NCBI GenBank assembly: GCA_013265495.1 | Contig: MU058844.1 | Coordinates: 13,662,184-13,726,183 of the forward strand | DNA length: 64,000 bases | DNA from: Vicugna vicugna | Taxonomy: Eukaryota | Direction of reading: 5' to 3' | Shown here: in pieces, positions 1 through 11,829 of the stretch | Numbering within the stretch: the stretch's first letter is position 1 | Layout of the letters: each line of letters begins with the position of its first letter | The notes under the pieces: generated by a model | Database searches by the model: none | The model's input: the letters and a program-made list of their open reading frames with translations, nothing else | What the model was told of the DNA's origin: nothing | Translations under genes and position numbers: made by a program

Positions 1-2060
1 GAGGTATACAAATTTTATTAGAATCTTTTTTGATGGATTGACCATTTTATCATTATTTAATGTCATTTTCTGTCTCTCGTAATTTTTTTTCTCTGAAATC
101 TACTTTATCTGATATTTCTTCCTTATTATTTTTTATATGGGGGGAGGTAATTGGGTTTTCATTTATTTACTTATTTTTTTAGTGGAGGTACTGGGGGTTG
201 AACCCAGGACCTCATGCTTGCTGGGCACGTGCTCTTCCACTGAGCTATCCCTTCCCCCTACTTTATCTGATATTAATAAAGCAACTTCTACTTTCTTTTG
301 ATTAATGTTTACATGACATGTCTTCCTCCAACCTTTTACTTTCAACCTCCCAGTATCATGTTTGAAGTGAGTGTCTTGGTTATGGCACATTGTTGGCTCA
401 TGTTTGTTTGTCTGATTTTAATCCATTTAGCCAACCTCTGTTTTTTAATTTATGCATTTAGACTATTTACACTTGATATCTTTATTGATGTGTTAGAGCA
501 TTAAGTGTGCCATCTTATTGTTTATTTTTATTTGATCTTCTGTTTTTCATTCCTGTTTTACTTTTCCTGACTTCCTGTGAATTTCTTGAACATTACTTAG
601 TTTCCACTTTGATTTATCCATAGTGGTTTTCAGTGCATATCTTTACATAGATGTTTTAGTGGTTGCTATAGGTGTTAAATAATATATGTAACTAACTTAT
701 CACAAACTACCGATGTCAGCATTTTACTAGTTTGAATCAAATGTAGAAATATTACTTCCATTTAGGTCCCTTTACCACTCATTCCACCAATAACATAATT
801 GTCTTAATTATTTCTTTTACATACCTTAAGAACCATGTCAGACAATGTTGTAATTTTTGCTTTAACTGTCAAACATAATTTAGAAAACGTAAGAGAATAG
901 TTTATTATATTTACTCATATTTTTACTCTTTACCTTGTTTTTTCTCCATTTCTGGTATTGTTAGAGCATTATTGTATTATTTGAAGATCTTTTTTTAAGC
1001 TGTTCTTTTAGTGTACGTCTGATTATGACAAATCATCTTAAGTTCTCCTGAATCTGAGAATGTCTTAATTTTATCTTCATTCCTAAAGTATACTTTCTCT
1101 GGGTGGTATTCTTAGTTGATTCTTTTTTGAAATTGAAATTGAAAGTATTGTGCCACTTCCTGTGGCATCCACAGGATTTGGATGAGAAGTCTGATGACAC
1201 TGATATTATTGTTCTCATATAGGTAATGCATTGCTTCTCTTCAGCTGCTTTTAAGCTTTTTTTCTTTCTCTTAGGTTCTCTGAAATTTGATTACGGTGTA
1301 TCTTGGCATGAATTTTTTTGGGCTTACCATATTTGGCCTTTATTTGGAAGTATTATTTGTATCTTTATCTAAATTTTGAAAGTTCTCGACTACTGTTTCT
1401 TAGAATATAGTCCATCTTTCTCCATTCTTTCTGGGACTCCAAGGACATGAAATATCTGATAGATACTTTGTTATCATAATGTTATCTATGTTGTCCCATA
1501 GAGCCCTAATGGTTTTTTGTTGTGTTTTTTTTTTTTTCTCAGTCCACTTTCTCTCTGTTGCTCAGATTTGGTAATTCCTACTGTTCTATTTTCAAGTTCA
1601 TTGACTTTTTCCATTTGTCAGATTCATTCAACTACTCAGCCCATCTAGTGAGTTTTTAATTTTGGTTATTCTATTTTTCAGCTGTAAAATTTCCATTGGA
1701 ATCTGTAACTTTGATTTCCTTGCTGAGACTTTGTGTTTTCATTTCTTTTAAGCCTTTTAAAAATCGCTCCTTGAAGCATTTTTATGATGACTACTTTCAA
1801 ATCCTTGTCAGATGATCCTCACATCTGTGTTATTTGGGTGTTGGCAGCTGTGGTCAGTTCTCATTCATGCTGAGATCTTCCTGGTTCTTGGTATGTGAGT
1901 GATTTTTTATTGTACACATGACATTTTGAGTTTTATATTACGAGATTCTAAATCTTAATCAGTCCTCCTGTTTCAGCAGGTCTTCACTGACACTGCCCCA
2001 GGGGAGGAAGTCTTATTTATCACTGGTTGGTAGACAAAAAGTCTGGGCTGTCCAGGCTCC
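1..2060 (-). mobile_element. Old LINE-1 fragment (ORF2 endonuclease N-terminus plus degenerate ORF1 region)
   Basis: Minus-strand translation 'HNQDTHFKHDTGRLKVKGWRKTCHVNINQKKVEVALLISDKV' matches the L1 EN motif (CLQETH...RLKVKGW...QKKAGVAILISDK); interrupted by a SINE; right boundary approximate. Confidence 0.8.
117..258 (-). mobile_element. tRNA-derived SINE (Vic-1-like, camelid type) inserted in L1
   Basis: Minus strand GGGGAAGGGATAGCTCAGTGG...GGTTCAACCCCC (A/B boxes), A-rich tail; exact 16-bp TSD TACTTTATCTGATATT at 101-116 and 259-274. Confidence 0.9.
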
Positions 2061-2067
2061 CCACTCA

Positions 2068-2840
2068 TTCTTTTTTCTTTCTTTTTAAAAAAATTATCTA
2101 AATATAGTTGATTTACAATGTTTTAGGTGTACAGCAAAGTGATTAAGTTATGCATAAATATATATAGCTGTTCTTTTTCAGATTCTTTTCCATTATAGGT
2201 TATTACAAGATACTGAGTATAGTTCCCTGTGCTCTATAATAGGTCCTTGTTGTTTGCTTATCTATTTTATACGTAGTGGTGTGTATATGTTAATCCTAAA
2301 CTCCTAATTTTATCCCTCCAACCTCCCACTTTCCCATTTGCTAATCATAAATTTATTTTCTATATCTGTGAGCCTATTTCTGTTTCACAAATAAGTTTCT
2401 TTGTATCATAGTTTAGATTCCATGTATAACTGATATCATGATATTTGTCTGTCTTTGTCTGAATTACTTCATTTGATATGATACTCAAGGTCCATCCTTG
2501 TTGCTGCAAATGGCATTATTTCATTCTTGTTTAAGGCTGAGTAATATTCTGTTGTATGTATATACAACATTTTCTTTTCCCAGTCATCTGTTGATAGAGC
2601 CTTGGGTTGTTTCTGTATCTTGGCTATTGTGAATAGTGCTGCAATGAATGTGGGAGGCAGCTATCTCTTCAAGATACTAATTTTAATTTTTTTTGGATAG
2701 ACACCCAGAAGTGGGATTTTGGGATCATATGATAGTTCTATTTTTTAATTTCTTTAGGAACCTCCATAGTTTTCCATAGCTGCAGCACAATTGTACATTC
2801 CTACCAACAGTGTACTGTGGTTCCAGGGTTTCCACCTCAC
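2068..2840 (-). mobile_element. LINE-1 3' end fragment (cetartiodactyl-type 3'UTR)
   Basis: T-rich tail then 'tatagttgatttacaatgtt...gtgtacagcaaagtgatt' and 'catccttgttgctgcaaatggcattatttcattc' typical of antisense L1 3' ends; same family at 13430 and 46580. Confidence 0.75.
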
Positions 2841-3044
2841 CAAAATTTATCTTAAAAACTAGTTACCACCAGGATAACAAACACTTGCAATTAAGAACAA
2901 CAACAATCTGAATACAAAAGTCATTAATTCAACAAAAAATGGAGATGAGAAGAAAATAAAAGTATGCTAAACCTCCTACTTTAGAATAGCAAAGGGGTCA
3001 GTAAATATCCTCTTATTCTTCACATTGGTAAAGCAATTATGTGA

Positions 3045-3350
3045 TGAATGACTTTGGGAGCTCTTGTTAAACTGCCTGTCAGCAAGCCAGCTGAGGTTGA
3101 GGGCCCTCCTTTGCCCCAGCTAGAGAGGTTTAATCCTAACTTATTTTCTCTACAACCTGTGTAAGTATGAAATTAAACTTTGTTTTGTTAAGCCACTGAG
3201 ACTTAAAGGTGTATTTCAAACCAGAGCCCAGCCTAACCTCTTATAGAACTTACTGCTGGGAGTAGGGTGTAGAGCCATAATGAAAACCTAAACTTATCCC
3301 ATCTGAGACCTAGGTAGGAAGGATCCTTTCTTTGACCCCAGACTGGATAG
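3045..3350 (+). mobile_element. MaLR (MLT1-like) LTR plus start of internal region
   Basis: 'aattaaactttgttttgttaagccactgagact' LTR 3' motif; family from recall. Confidence 0.5.
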
Positions 3351-3363
3351 GACATCTCATGTT

Positions 3364-3387
3364 ACACACACACACACACACACACAC
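3364..3387. repeat. (CA)n microsatellite
   Basis: About 12 CA units seen directly. Confidence 0.95.
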
Positions 3388-4139
3388 TTTATTATTAAAT
3401 GAAAGCTTCTCTGCATTCTAACATTAGCATGGGTTCAGTGTGACCCACAGCACTGAATGTCTGCATCTTTTGCCACATGTTTTTAAAGCAAAGGGCATCT
3501 ATATCTGCGTGGTAAAAAGGCTTGTGAATATTGTTGCTGATGACACTGGAGACAGACACTGCATCAGAGTCCAAGAAAGATTTGAACAACGGAAGCTCTT
3601 AGGGTAAGAGAAAAAGATCAACTTGTCACATCTTTTGTTTCAGCATGAAAGCAACAGATTTCAGGCATAATATAGTATTGTTTAGCAGTACTACTAGAGA
3701 TCTGTTTCCTCACTTCACTTTCTTGTTCCCATTTCGGGGGTAAGGGAGACATTTTGCAATGGTAACAATTTACATTACTGTTAAATAGGGGTAAATGTAG
3801 ATCTGTATGTTAACTGAGTATGAAGCCTGACATCAGTTCTTTACATTGGCCACTAGGTGGACATGAGCACTAGAATGGTGAATAATCTTATATTTATAAA
3901 AAAATTTAAGAAGACAAATTTTCCAAAAAATTAAGAAATATTTAAAATACTTAAAATTGATACCCATCCATTTTAACTTTGCCTTTTAATTTGAATGGAC
4001 AGTTTCGATTATTTTAGAGGAAATGAAAAATTAGTTAATAACATCTGTGAAAATAAGCAAAATTATTCTGATCAAATACAAATCTGAGCAGATGGGATGA
4101 AATCCCTGAAACCACATATTCTTTACCAAGCAAAGATTT

Positions 4140-5290
4140 AATCATTGAGCAAACAATGAGATTATATGTGGGCTTGCATTTTTATTCTTCATCTAGCCCA
4201 CTAATGTTAGTGGCAAGCTTGCCTGAACCACGTGGTAGAGTTTAACAGTTAGTTGGCAAGCAGTGAGGAAACTGACTTCAGAGGAATGATGGCAAGCTAC
4301 GGGATTCAGAGCCCAAATAAGTGAAAAAATGTGACCTATTTCTCAGGAGGCAGATACGAATCCATTGAACTTGAAGCTCTCAGCAGAGGTTGGAAAACAG
4401 AACATTAACATTATTTGTTGGCTGTAGGGTGTGTTCAACAAGATATTATAAAAGTAAAGCACTGGACAGTTTGGAAGCAGAAAGAGAATCAAGAAATGTG
4501 GGGCTGCCTTCTGCATAGCATATAGTAAGACTTTTAAAAGGCTCTGAGAGACAAATGTAAAACTTTCATATGATTAAAAAACCTTAGGGCACAGAGGAGA
4601 TGAAGTATGCAACTCCAAGGAAATCCTGTTAATTGACTAAAAATTGCCTCAGCAAATCCAACAGTTTAAGAGTGTACCCATTTTCCCAAAACTCATGTTT
4701 CAAGCTAACTGGCATTAAGAGGAAAAAGAAAAGCACCAAGGTGAGGAAACAAAGAAATAAAGACTTGAAAGTTTCTCCAAACTATACTTTAACTGTGGGT
4801 ATTGGTGCTTGGAACTGACTGGAGGCATACAGCTGAAAGACCTTTAGAGTTTTTGACAGAGATACATTCCCAAAGATATTGTAAACCTGTTGTGAAAATT
4901 GTTGTGAAAAGTGAATGCAATACATTATAAATGACTCTTGGACCTTAAACTTCTGTGGGCAGAAGAAGACTGCAGCCCTCAAAGATGGCATATTTCCCAG
5001 TGCCCAATTCAAATTGGTCCAGGGAGGATAATGGATGAGGAAGGCATTTTAAAGGGAGAAGACAGGACCACAGAAAATAATGGAAGAGGAAACTCCAACC
5101 ACCTCTAGTCAGATAACTTTGCTGACTCCCAGCATAGCAAGTCTTCGTAATATATACCCTAAAGATTTCAGAATTGCTTTCAACCAGCGATCACTTTGTG
5201 ACTCCCATTCTGCCACTTTCTTAACAGAAGTGTTCTAGTTGTCTTTGTGCTACCATTGCATATTGTTTATGTGGAGGACAGACACAGTCA
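4140..5290 (+). mobile_element. Degenerate MaLR internal/LTR sequence
   Basis: Motifs such as 'tgcttggaactgactggaggc' and 'gatttcagaattgc' resemble MLT1-int; boundaries approximate. Confidence 0.45.
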
Positions 5291-5558
5291 CTAGGCCAGC
5301 GGTATCCACAGCGATCCCCACCCCCGCAAACCCGAGCGAAAGGGAGCTAGGTCTGGGCAACGAACAGCTTCAAGTTTTCCTTTCTCATCCACTTCCATTA
5401 CTACTACGTTGGAGGAGATAACCCAGCCAAGGTGTGATTTTTCAGCTGCATGCTGGGAAGTCCAGACTGAATTCATACAAATGAGTTCATGAAATTTATC
5501 GCCCAGGTACCTTAGGATGAACCAGAGAAGTAAGATCCTAGCCCGAGGTCTTTCTCAC

Positions 5559-5735
5559 CATGTATTTCATGTTGGCTGCGACGGGCTGGACTTTGCCACG
5601 CATTTCGTTGTGAGCTTCGACGCAGTGTTTTATAAATTTCTGATCGGTGATGGAGGGGACTGTGGGAGACGAAGTACTGGTTACCAGACAGAGGCCTAAG
5701 GTCCATAAGCAATTCAGATTCTCCCTCAGAATCAT
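5559..5735 (-). CDS. GLIPR1L1: GLIPR1-like protein 1 (CAP/SCP superfamily), first coding exon
   Basis: Kozak CACCATG at 5735; MILRENLNCLWTLGLCLVTSTSSPTVPSITDQKFIKHCVEAHNEMRGKVQPVAANMKYM = signal peptide plus CAP N-terminus (HN..R..V.P.A.NM); phase-0 donor GTGAGA at 5558; head-to-head with CAPS2 as in other mammals. Later CAP exons not found in this window. Confidence 0.92.
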
Positions 5736-5960
5736 GGTGAGGCGCAGAGAATGCCCTGACTGAAAGGACCAGTAACAGCTGGGGCAGCCTGGCCGGGCCG
5801 GGGTGGTGCGGGCGGCCGAGGGGATTGGGGGCCGCGGTGTGGCAGTAACGTTGGCTCCATCCGCCTGCCTGGGCTCGAGCCCAGCGCAGGGATTCGTGGG
5901 AAGGCTGAGCGCCAAGTAGGGAGGTAGGCCAGACCTCAGGATTAGCCCACCACAAAACCA
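5736..5960 (-). promoter_or_regulatory. GLIPR1L1: GC/CpG-rich promoter/5'UTR of GLIPR1L1
   Basis: Local CpG/GC enrichment immediately upstream of the ATG in an otherwise AT-rich window. Confidence 0.7.
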
Positions 5961-7346
5961 GGGGCTGCAGGAAAAAACTTGGAGTCGCCTTCTGGTGCAG
6001 TTTTTTTTAACCATCCAAGATGCTTTCTGCAGACCCACTTGGACTCAGTGCAGAGGGCAGTGTATTGTAAGCCAGATTGCCACTTGCAGGCAGCACATGT
6101 ATGTAAAAGGACAAAAAATTAATATGTTGTTGACGATGGAGCTGGCCTGTGTGAAGCCCTGCAGAGCAGTGGTTTCACATACTTAGCTTCCGTGTATAGC
6201 CTTTCAAAAATTTATTGTTTTTAAGTAAGCTGCAACATCATCTCGTGCGTTTCGTCAAGAGACTGGGAAAAAAGCAAGGACAGGCATTTTGTATAGTCGA
6301 TGACATAGAGACCCTTAACCATTACCTTGTCAAACATTTAATTAATAATTTGCTTGTTTTCCCAGCCTTCTAGAGAGACACATGGAAAAGTGGGCAAAAT
6401 CTTTCCTTCTTGAAACTTGAATTTGGAACAGACTATTTAGTGACTAGTAAACTTCAGATAAAGGATTGCTTTAGTTGGAATGCTAAAGACTAAGACAGAG
6501 TATATTTGATTGCTTCTTTTACCTACATTGCAATATAAATCAACTTCATTTGGCTTAATGTTTTAAATCCATTATGTCAGTTATATTGTTATTCAATAAT
6601 AAACCAGCGTTTTTTCTGTGACATTACATGACATTTTCTGGTATTTCTATTTTTCAAATAAATATCTTTGATTATGTGAGGTTATTTACAATGCCATTTA
6701 ATTCAAGTGAACACATATTTACATTCACTGATATTCTAGTCACTTCTAGTGGTCAGGCAACCTTGCCACTAAAAATAAGAACAACTTTGCTACAACTAGT
6801 TATTATTTTTTAATAGAAAGCAGAAAATTAAATTATAAAATGGGGGAAAATATGAAGGGAAGGTATTGCTGGTCTACTATCTGCCATTGGAGAATTGCAT
6901 TATACGTGACTTCAGCATTACATGCATAATCCAAACTGAACTTCTAATACTCCACACCCAAATCCTGAGCCTCCAGTTCTCCCTATCTCAGCTAATGGCA
7001 GCTCCATCTTTCTGACTACCCAGGCCCCAAACTTTGGAGGCATTTAGTTCCTTAGAAAATTCTGTTGGCTTTGTCTTTATATTTGCAAGGCTTTGACTGC
7101 TGATCACCATTTGAAATGACACCTCCTTGATTTCATGAATAATTACAATAACTTCCTAGTGGATATTCCTACCCTACTCTTAACCTCTTGTAGTCTGTTC
7201 CCAAGATAGCAGTCAGAATGATGTTACATAATCTTTAGTATACTTACATATTTTGGATGTCTGCTGTATACCAGGCATTCTTCTTGGTGCTTGAGATTAC
7301 AACCATAAAAAAGAAAACAAAGCAACCTGCCTTTCTGGAATTCTAG

Positions 7347-7392
7347 TGATAATAAATAATAATAATGATGATAATATAAATAATAATAATAA
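7347..7392. repeat. Imperfect (TAA)n microsatellite
   Basis: Seen directly. Confidence 0.85.
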
Positions 7393-8429
7393 ATGATAAG
7401 CATAATAAATAAATTCTATAGTATAGTTTAAAATGGTGATACTGTCTGAAAAAAATGCTAGGCTAAGGAGTTCAGGTGATGGTGGCAGATGGTAATTTTA
7501 AATGTGATCATTGTGGATGTCTTTGAAAAGGTGCCTTTTGAGAAAATACTTGAAGGGTACGCAAGAGGGAAGCATGTGGATACTGGAGGAAGAAGATTAA
7601 ATAAAGTGGAACTATAATACTAAGCAAAAATCATGTAGAAGATGGGAGAGCTGAGTGATTATTATTGAACTATTCTAAGGTATTTGTATTGGTGGGAGGA
7701 GAGTCGAGGTATTGAGTAACTTTTGACTTTGTTAAGTAATGAACATGTTAACAATTAAAGAATGACTATTTAAAGAAAGAATACCAAACCAGTAGTGGGA
7801 AAATGACAGATGAAAAATATTTAATTAACCCAATAGAAGTCAAGAAATCAGAAAAAATTTTTACTTTTTTTTCTTTCTTCTTTTTTCATATATTTATTTA
7901 AAGTTATTCATGTTCCCTGATTTACAGTTTAGTTGCGATTCATAAGGTTTGAGAGTAGACTGCTTTTTTGCTATTCAGTTATAAATATTTCATAATTTCC
8001 ATTATGGCTTATTCTTTGACCTGTTAATTGAGGACAATGTTAAGTTTTTCTAAATGGGTTTCTAAAGTTGTTTTTTAGTTATAAGATTACATTTCATTTT
8101 ATTTGTAGTCAGAGACAATGAACTAGGTGATAAAAAGACTTTGCTGTTGGAACATGGATGAAGAAATAGATAAAATGAAGAGAATGAGTTAAGTATCCAT
8201 ATTTACATCCCAGATCTTGTGTATAACAGACATGGCATTTCTGTTGATTTAGGTGATAAGGATTTTTTAAAAATTATTCTTGTATAATTACTTATCCCTA
8301 TGGAAAAAATGTAGGATTTAGTATCTTCCTTCTCCTTACACAGAAATAAATTCCAATTATGACTTAAATGTGAAGAAAAAAAACTCTACAGGAAAATAAG
8401 AGAGTACTTCTGAGTTTTTCCAGGACCTC

Positions 8430-9100
8430 TTACCATTGCCTTTGTATATATTTATCTTCATAGTCAAATATTTAAATATTATTCTCAACACAGCATCCAG
8501 AGTGATTCTGTTAAAGGTAAGTCAGATCATGTCACTCCACTGCTCAAAACCTTCCAATCACTGGCTTTCCGTGGTACTCAAAGCGAAATTCCAAGTCCTC
8601 ACATTAGCCTTCAAGGCCCTTCCTCAACAATACAGCCCCTCTCTGATGTCATCTCCTACTCCTCTCCCCTTCCTTTTGTCTCTTCCAGACACTCTGGCCC
8701 CTTTGTGGTTCATAGAAAAAGCCAAAGTTCTTCTGCCTCAAGGCATTTGCTTTTGTTTCATTTGCCTAAATTCTTTTTCCCAGAAGGCTACGTGGCTCAT
8801 TTCTAGCCTCTATTAAATATCTGCTCAAGTTACGTCTTTTCAAAATACCTAACAGTGGTATTTTATATTACTTAATACACCTATCACTTCCTGTTGGCCC
8901 TTTTCTGCTTTGTATTTCTCCATAACCCTTATCCTCACATTCTGTGATGTAATTTGCTTGTTTATATTGTTATCATAATTCCCCTCAATTGAATGTGAGC
9001 CCCGTGAGGCAGGGATTACTTCTTTTTTTTTTAAACTACTGTATCCCCAACATCTTGACAGACAAGTTCAATATTTGATGAGCAGATTAATAAATGAACC
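8430..9100 (+). mobile_element. LINE-2 3' fragment
   Basis: 'cacagcatccagagtgattctgttaaagg...gtcagatcatgtcactccactgctcaaaaccttcca' and 'gaatgtgagccccgtgaggcagggatt' are L2-typical. Confidence 0.7.
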
Positions 9101-9216
9101 CTTTATGACTCCAATTAAATGTTAGTTTCTTTTGTGAAGTCTTCCAATTATAAGGGATCTCATGTCATTAAAACACTTCCTGTTTCTGTATCACTACTTT
9201 ATTTCTCTTTTCCCCT

Positions 9217-9630
9217 CTGTATTAGTCAGGGTTATCCAGAGACACAGAACCAATAGAACATATATCCCCATCGTCTCTTTATTCACACACACACACATAC
9301 ACACACACACATTTTAAAGAAATTGGCTTATACAGCATAGGGGCTGGCAAGCCCCAAAGCTGTAGGACAAGCTGACAGGCTGAAGATTCAGGTAAGAGCT
9401 GATGTTGCAGTCTTCAGTCTGCAAGATAGAAACTCAAGCAGAACTTGTAAATTGGACTCTAGAGGCAGAATCCCATCTTCTTTGGGAAACTTCCGTCTTT
9501 GCTTTTAAGGCCTTCAACTGATTGAATGAGGCCCACCCACACTATGGAGAGTAGTCTAGTGTTTGATCTGGTGTTTGATCATACAACTGGTCATCACTTT
9601 CTAGCCAAGATAGCACATGAAATAAACAAT
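9217..9630. mobile_element. ERVL (MLT2-like) LTR with internal (CA)n
   Basis: Starts 'tgtattagtcagggttatccagagacacagaaccaatag'; contains 'ggccttcaactgattgaatgaggcccacccacact'. Confidence 0.75.
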
Positions 9631-9639
9631 GTTACCCTT

Positions 9640-10350
9640 CTACTCCTCCAAACACTTCATGTGCCTATCTTATTACTCTGTTCTTTTCCTCTCATGTACG
9701 GCAGTCATTCAATTTACAAATCCTGTTAGCTGTACTTTTTAAATAATCCAAATACTTCTTCCCATTCTGTGGACAGCCAGTATCTTGGTTGGAGCTGCCA
9801 TCATCCTGTCCTGGAACAAAGGCAGTAGTATCTTTCTTGGTTTCTCTGTATCCATTCTTGCTTCATTACAATTAATTTTCCATAGAAAAGCCAGATTATT
9901 CCTTTAAAAACATAAACCCTCCTCTTTTCAAAACCCTCTAATGACTTCTTGTCACCCTTATAAATTCAAAGTCCTAGATGTGGCTCACAAGGCACTACTT
10001 AATCTGACCATGGTTAATCTCTGGCCCTCATCCTACATTCTCCCCTGGCTCACTCTGTATCAGCCTCATCCATCAGCTTGAAAAGGATGCCCTCTCCTCA
10101 GGCCTTCTGCACGTGCTGTTCCCTTTGCCTGCAGAATTCCCCTCAGTGAAACCATACCTGATCCTGCAACTTCTCCTACTATCAGTGTCTATCTTGTTAA
10201 CTTACTGTATTTTTCTTCATTGTATTACTTACTGCCTGACATTATATTATTTGTTTATTTAGTGTTTGTCGCCTCTATAAGATTGTAACCTTCACTAAAA
10301 GAGTGTCTTTGTTTGCTTTGCTGCTGTATCTATAGCACCTAGAATGAATT
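9640..10350 (+). mobile_element. LINE-2 fragment
   Basis: L2-like motifs ending 'ctgctgtatctatagcacctagaatgaat'. Confidence 0.6.
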
Positions 10351-11552
10351 AAAGAAATGAGCACTCTTTAACTTTCTAAAAATGTTGTATATAATTGTAA
10401 GCTTCTTTAGAAGCTGTATCTTATTTGCCATACACACACTAGGGGCTCAATAAATATCTTAGATTAAATAAATAATTTAAAAGGTAATACTGGATAGGCT
10501 TATATACTGTCCTTCTACTAAAATTGGATATATTTGCAGACAGTAGATATTCAGTGGATGCTTACTGAGTTTCAAATGCAAATTATTTTGGATCTATAAA
10601 TAGTAGGGGTTAACATATGGCTAATTTAGTTTTATTTTGTGTAGAGAGAAACTAATTGGCAGTAATAACAAAAGAACTTTTGTAGTGAATTGTTTTGAAA
10701 ATAAGCAAAAAAAGTACAATTTATGCTATCAGCACATAATCCAAGATTATTGCTTCTATAGGAGATGTTTCCTGTATTCAGAAATACTAAAGCAATTTAC
10801 ATGTAATAAACCTAAGTGCCAGGAATAGACAAAGATATGTCTTAACGTTATTTTCTTGAATATCTCTTTGTGGAATGGGTAAGGGTAGTTAGGCACTAGA
10901 ATTTTTTAAAGTCTTTGATTAGAAGTTGAAGTTTAGCTTTCTTCTTTTGTTTCATTTTTACTTCTTTTCCAGTTTATTTTTGCTTTTCTCTCTGTGTGGG
11001 GGTAATGAGTGGATACATTTTAATAGAGAATAGGGAAGAAATAGGAGTGATTACTTCCTGCCCATTGACTTCACTCATTTTATGCTTTAAAAATGTATTT
11101 GTATTTTTACTCCAAAACCAGCCCCAACTTGCAAAGTTAGATACATGCATTTTGAGGGAAGCTAATTTTGAAAATACAACAGTAGATTAGGGGAAAAAAA
11201 CTTGATTTTGTGGGAAGAAAACTGGATTAAGATTCAAAAAATCGTAGTTCTGATTTGAGTATCTGACAGTTGGATGTGTAATTCAGGAGAGTTACGGCTT
11301 GTTAGGGGAGAATGGAACCTTACAAAGATCTCAAACCAGACCCTTCCTTTTACTGATAAATTGATGCCCAAAGACATTGTGTGCAAAGCAAAGAATAAAA
11401 GAGAGGCTTCCTGATTCCCAGGCCTTTTCCCTTTTCATTATATCAATATTTTAATTTGTAATTATACATATATATGTATATGTGTATATGTTCACATATT
11501 TAAAGTAGTATCTTTGTCTCTCTCTAATACTATATGACAGTCTTACCTTTTT

Positions 11553-11698
11553 TTAATTGTATTTATTTTTATTATTTTTTGGAGGGGTAATTAGGTTTAT
11601 TTATTTATTTATGTTTGAAGGGAGTACTGGGGGTTGAACCCAGGACCTCGTGCCTGCTAAGCATGCACTCTACCGCTTGAGCTATACCCTCGGTCCCC
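11553..11698 (-). mobile_element. tRNA-derived SINE (Vic-1-like)
   Basis: Same consensus as 117-258; near-identical TSD tcttaccttttt (11541) / tcttatcttttt (11699). Confidence 0.9.
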
Positions 11699-11829
11699 TC
11701 TTATCTTTTTAATAATTGCAGGCTCTTTGAGACCAGACATACGCTCAAATTTCTTTCCTTCTCAAAACATCATCCTGGAGCTGAACAGCCGGTACATGCC
11801 CTGGAAAATATGTTAAATAGAATTCACTT

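Noticed and set aside
185..258. tRNA-like A/B boxes here and at four other sites
   Set aside because: SINE heads with tails and TSDs, not tRNA genes.
5559..5735. Alternative call as GLIPR1 or GLIPR1L2
   Set aside because: Signal peptide and 'PSITD..FI..C.EAHNE' fit GLIPR1L1 best, as does adjacency to CAPS2.
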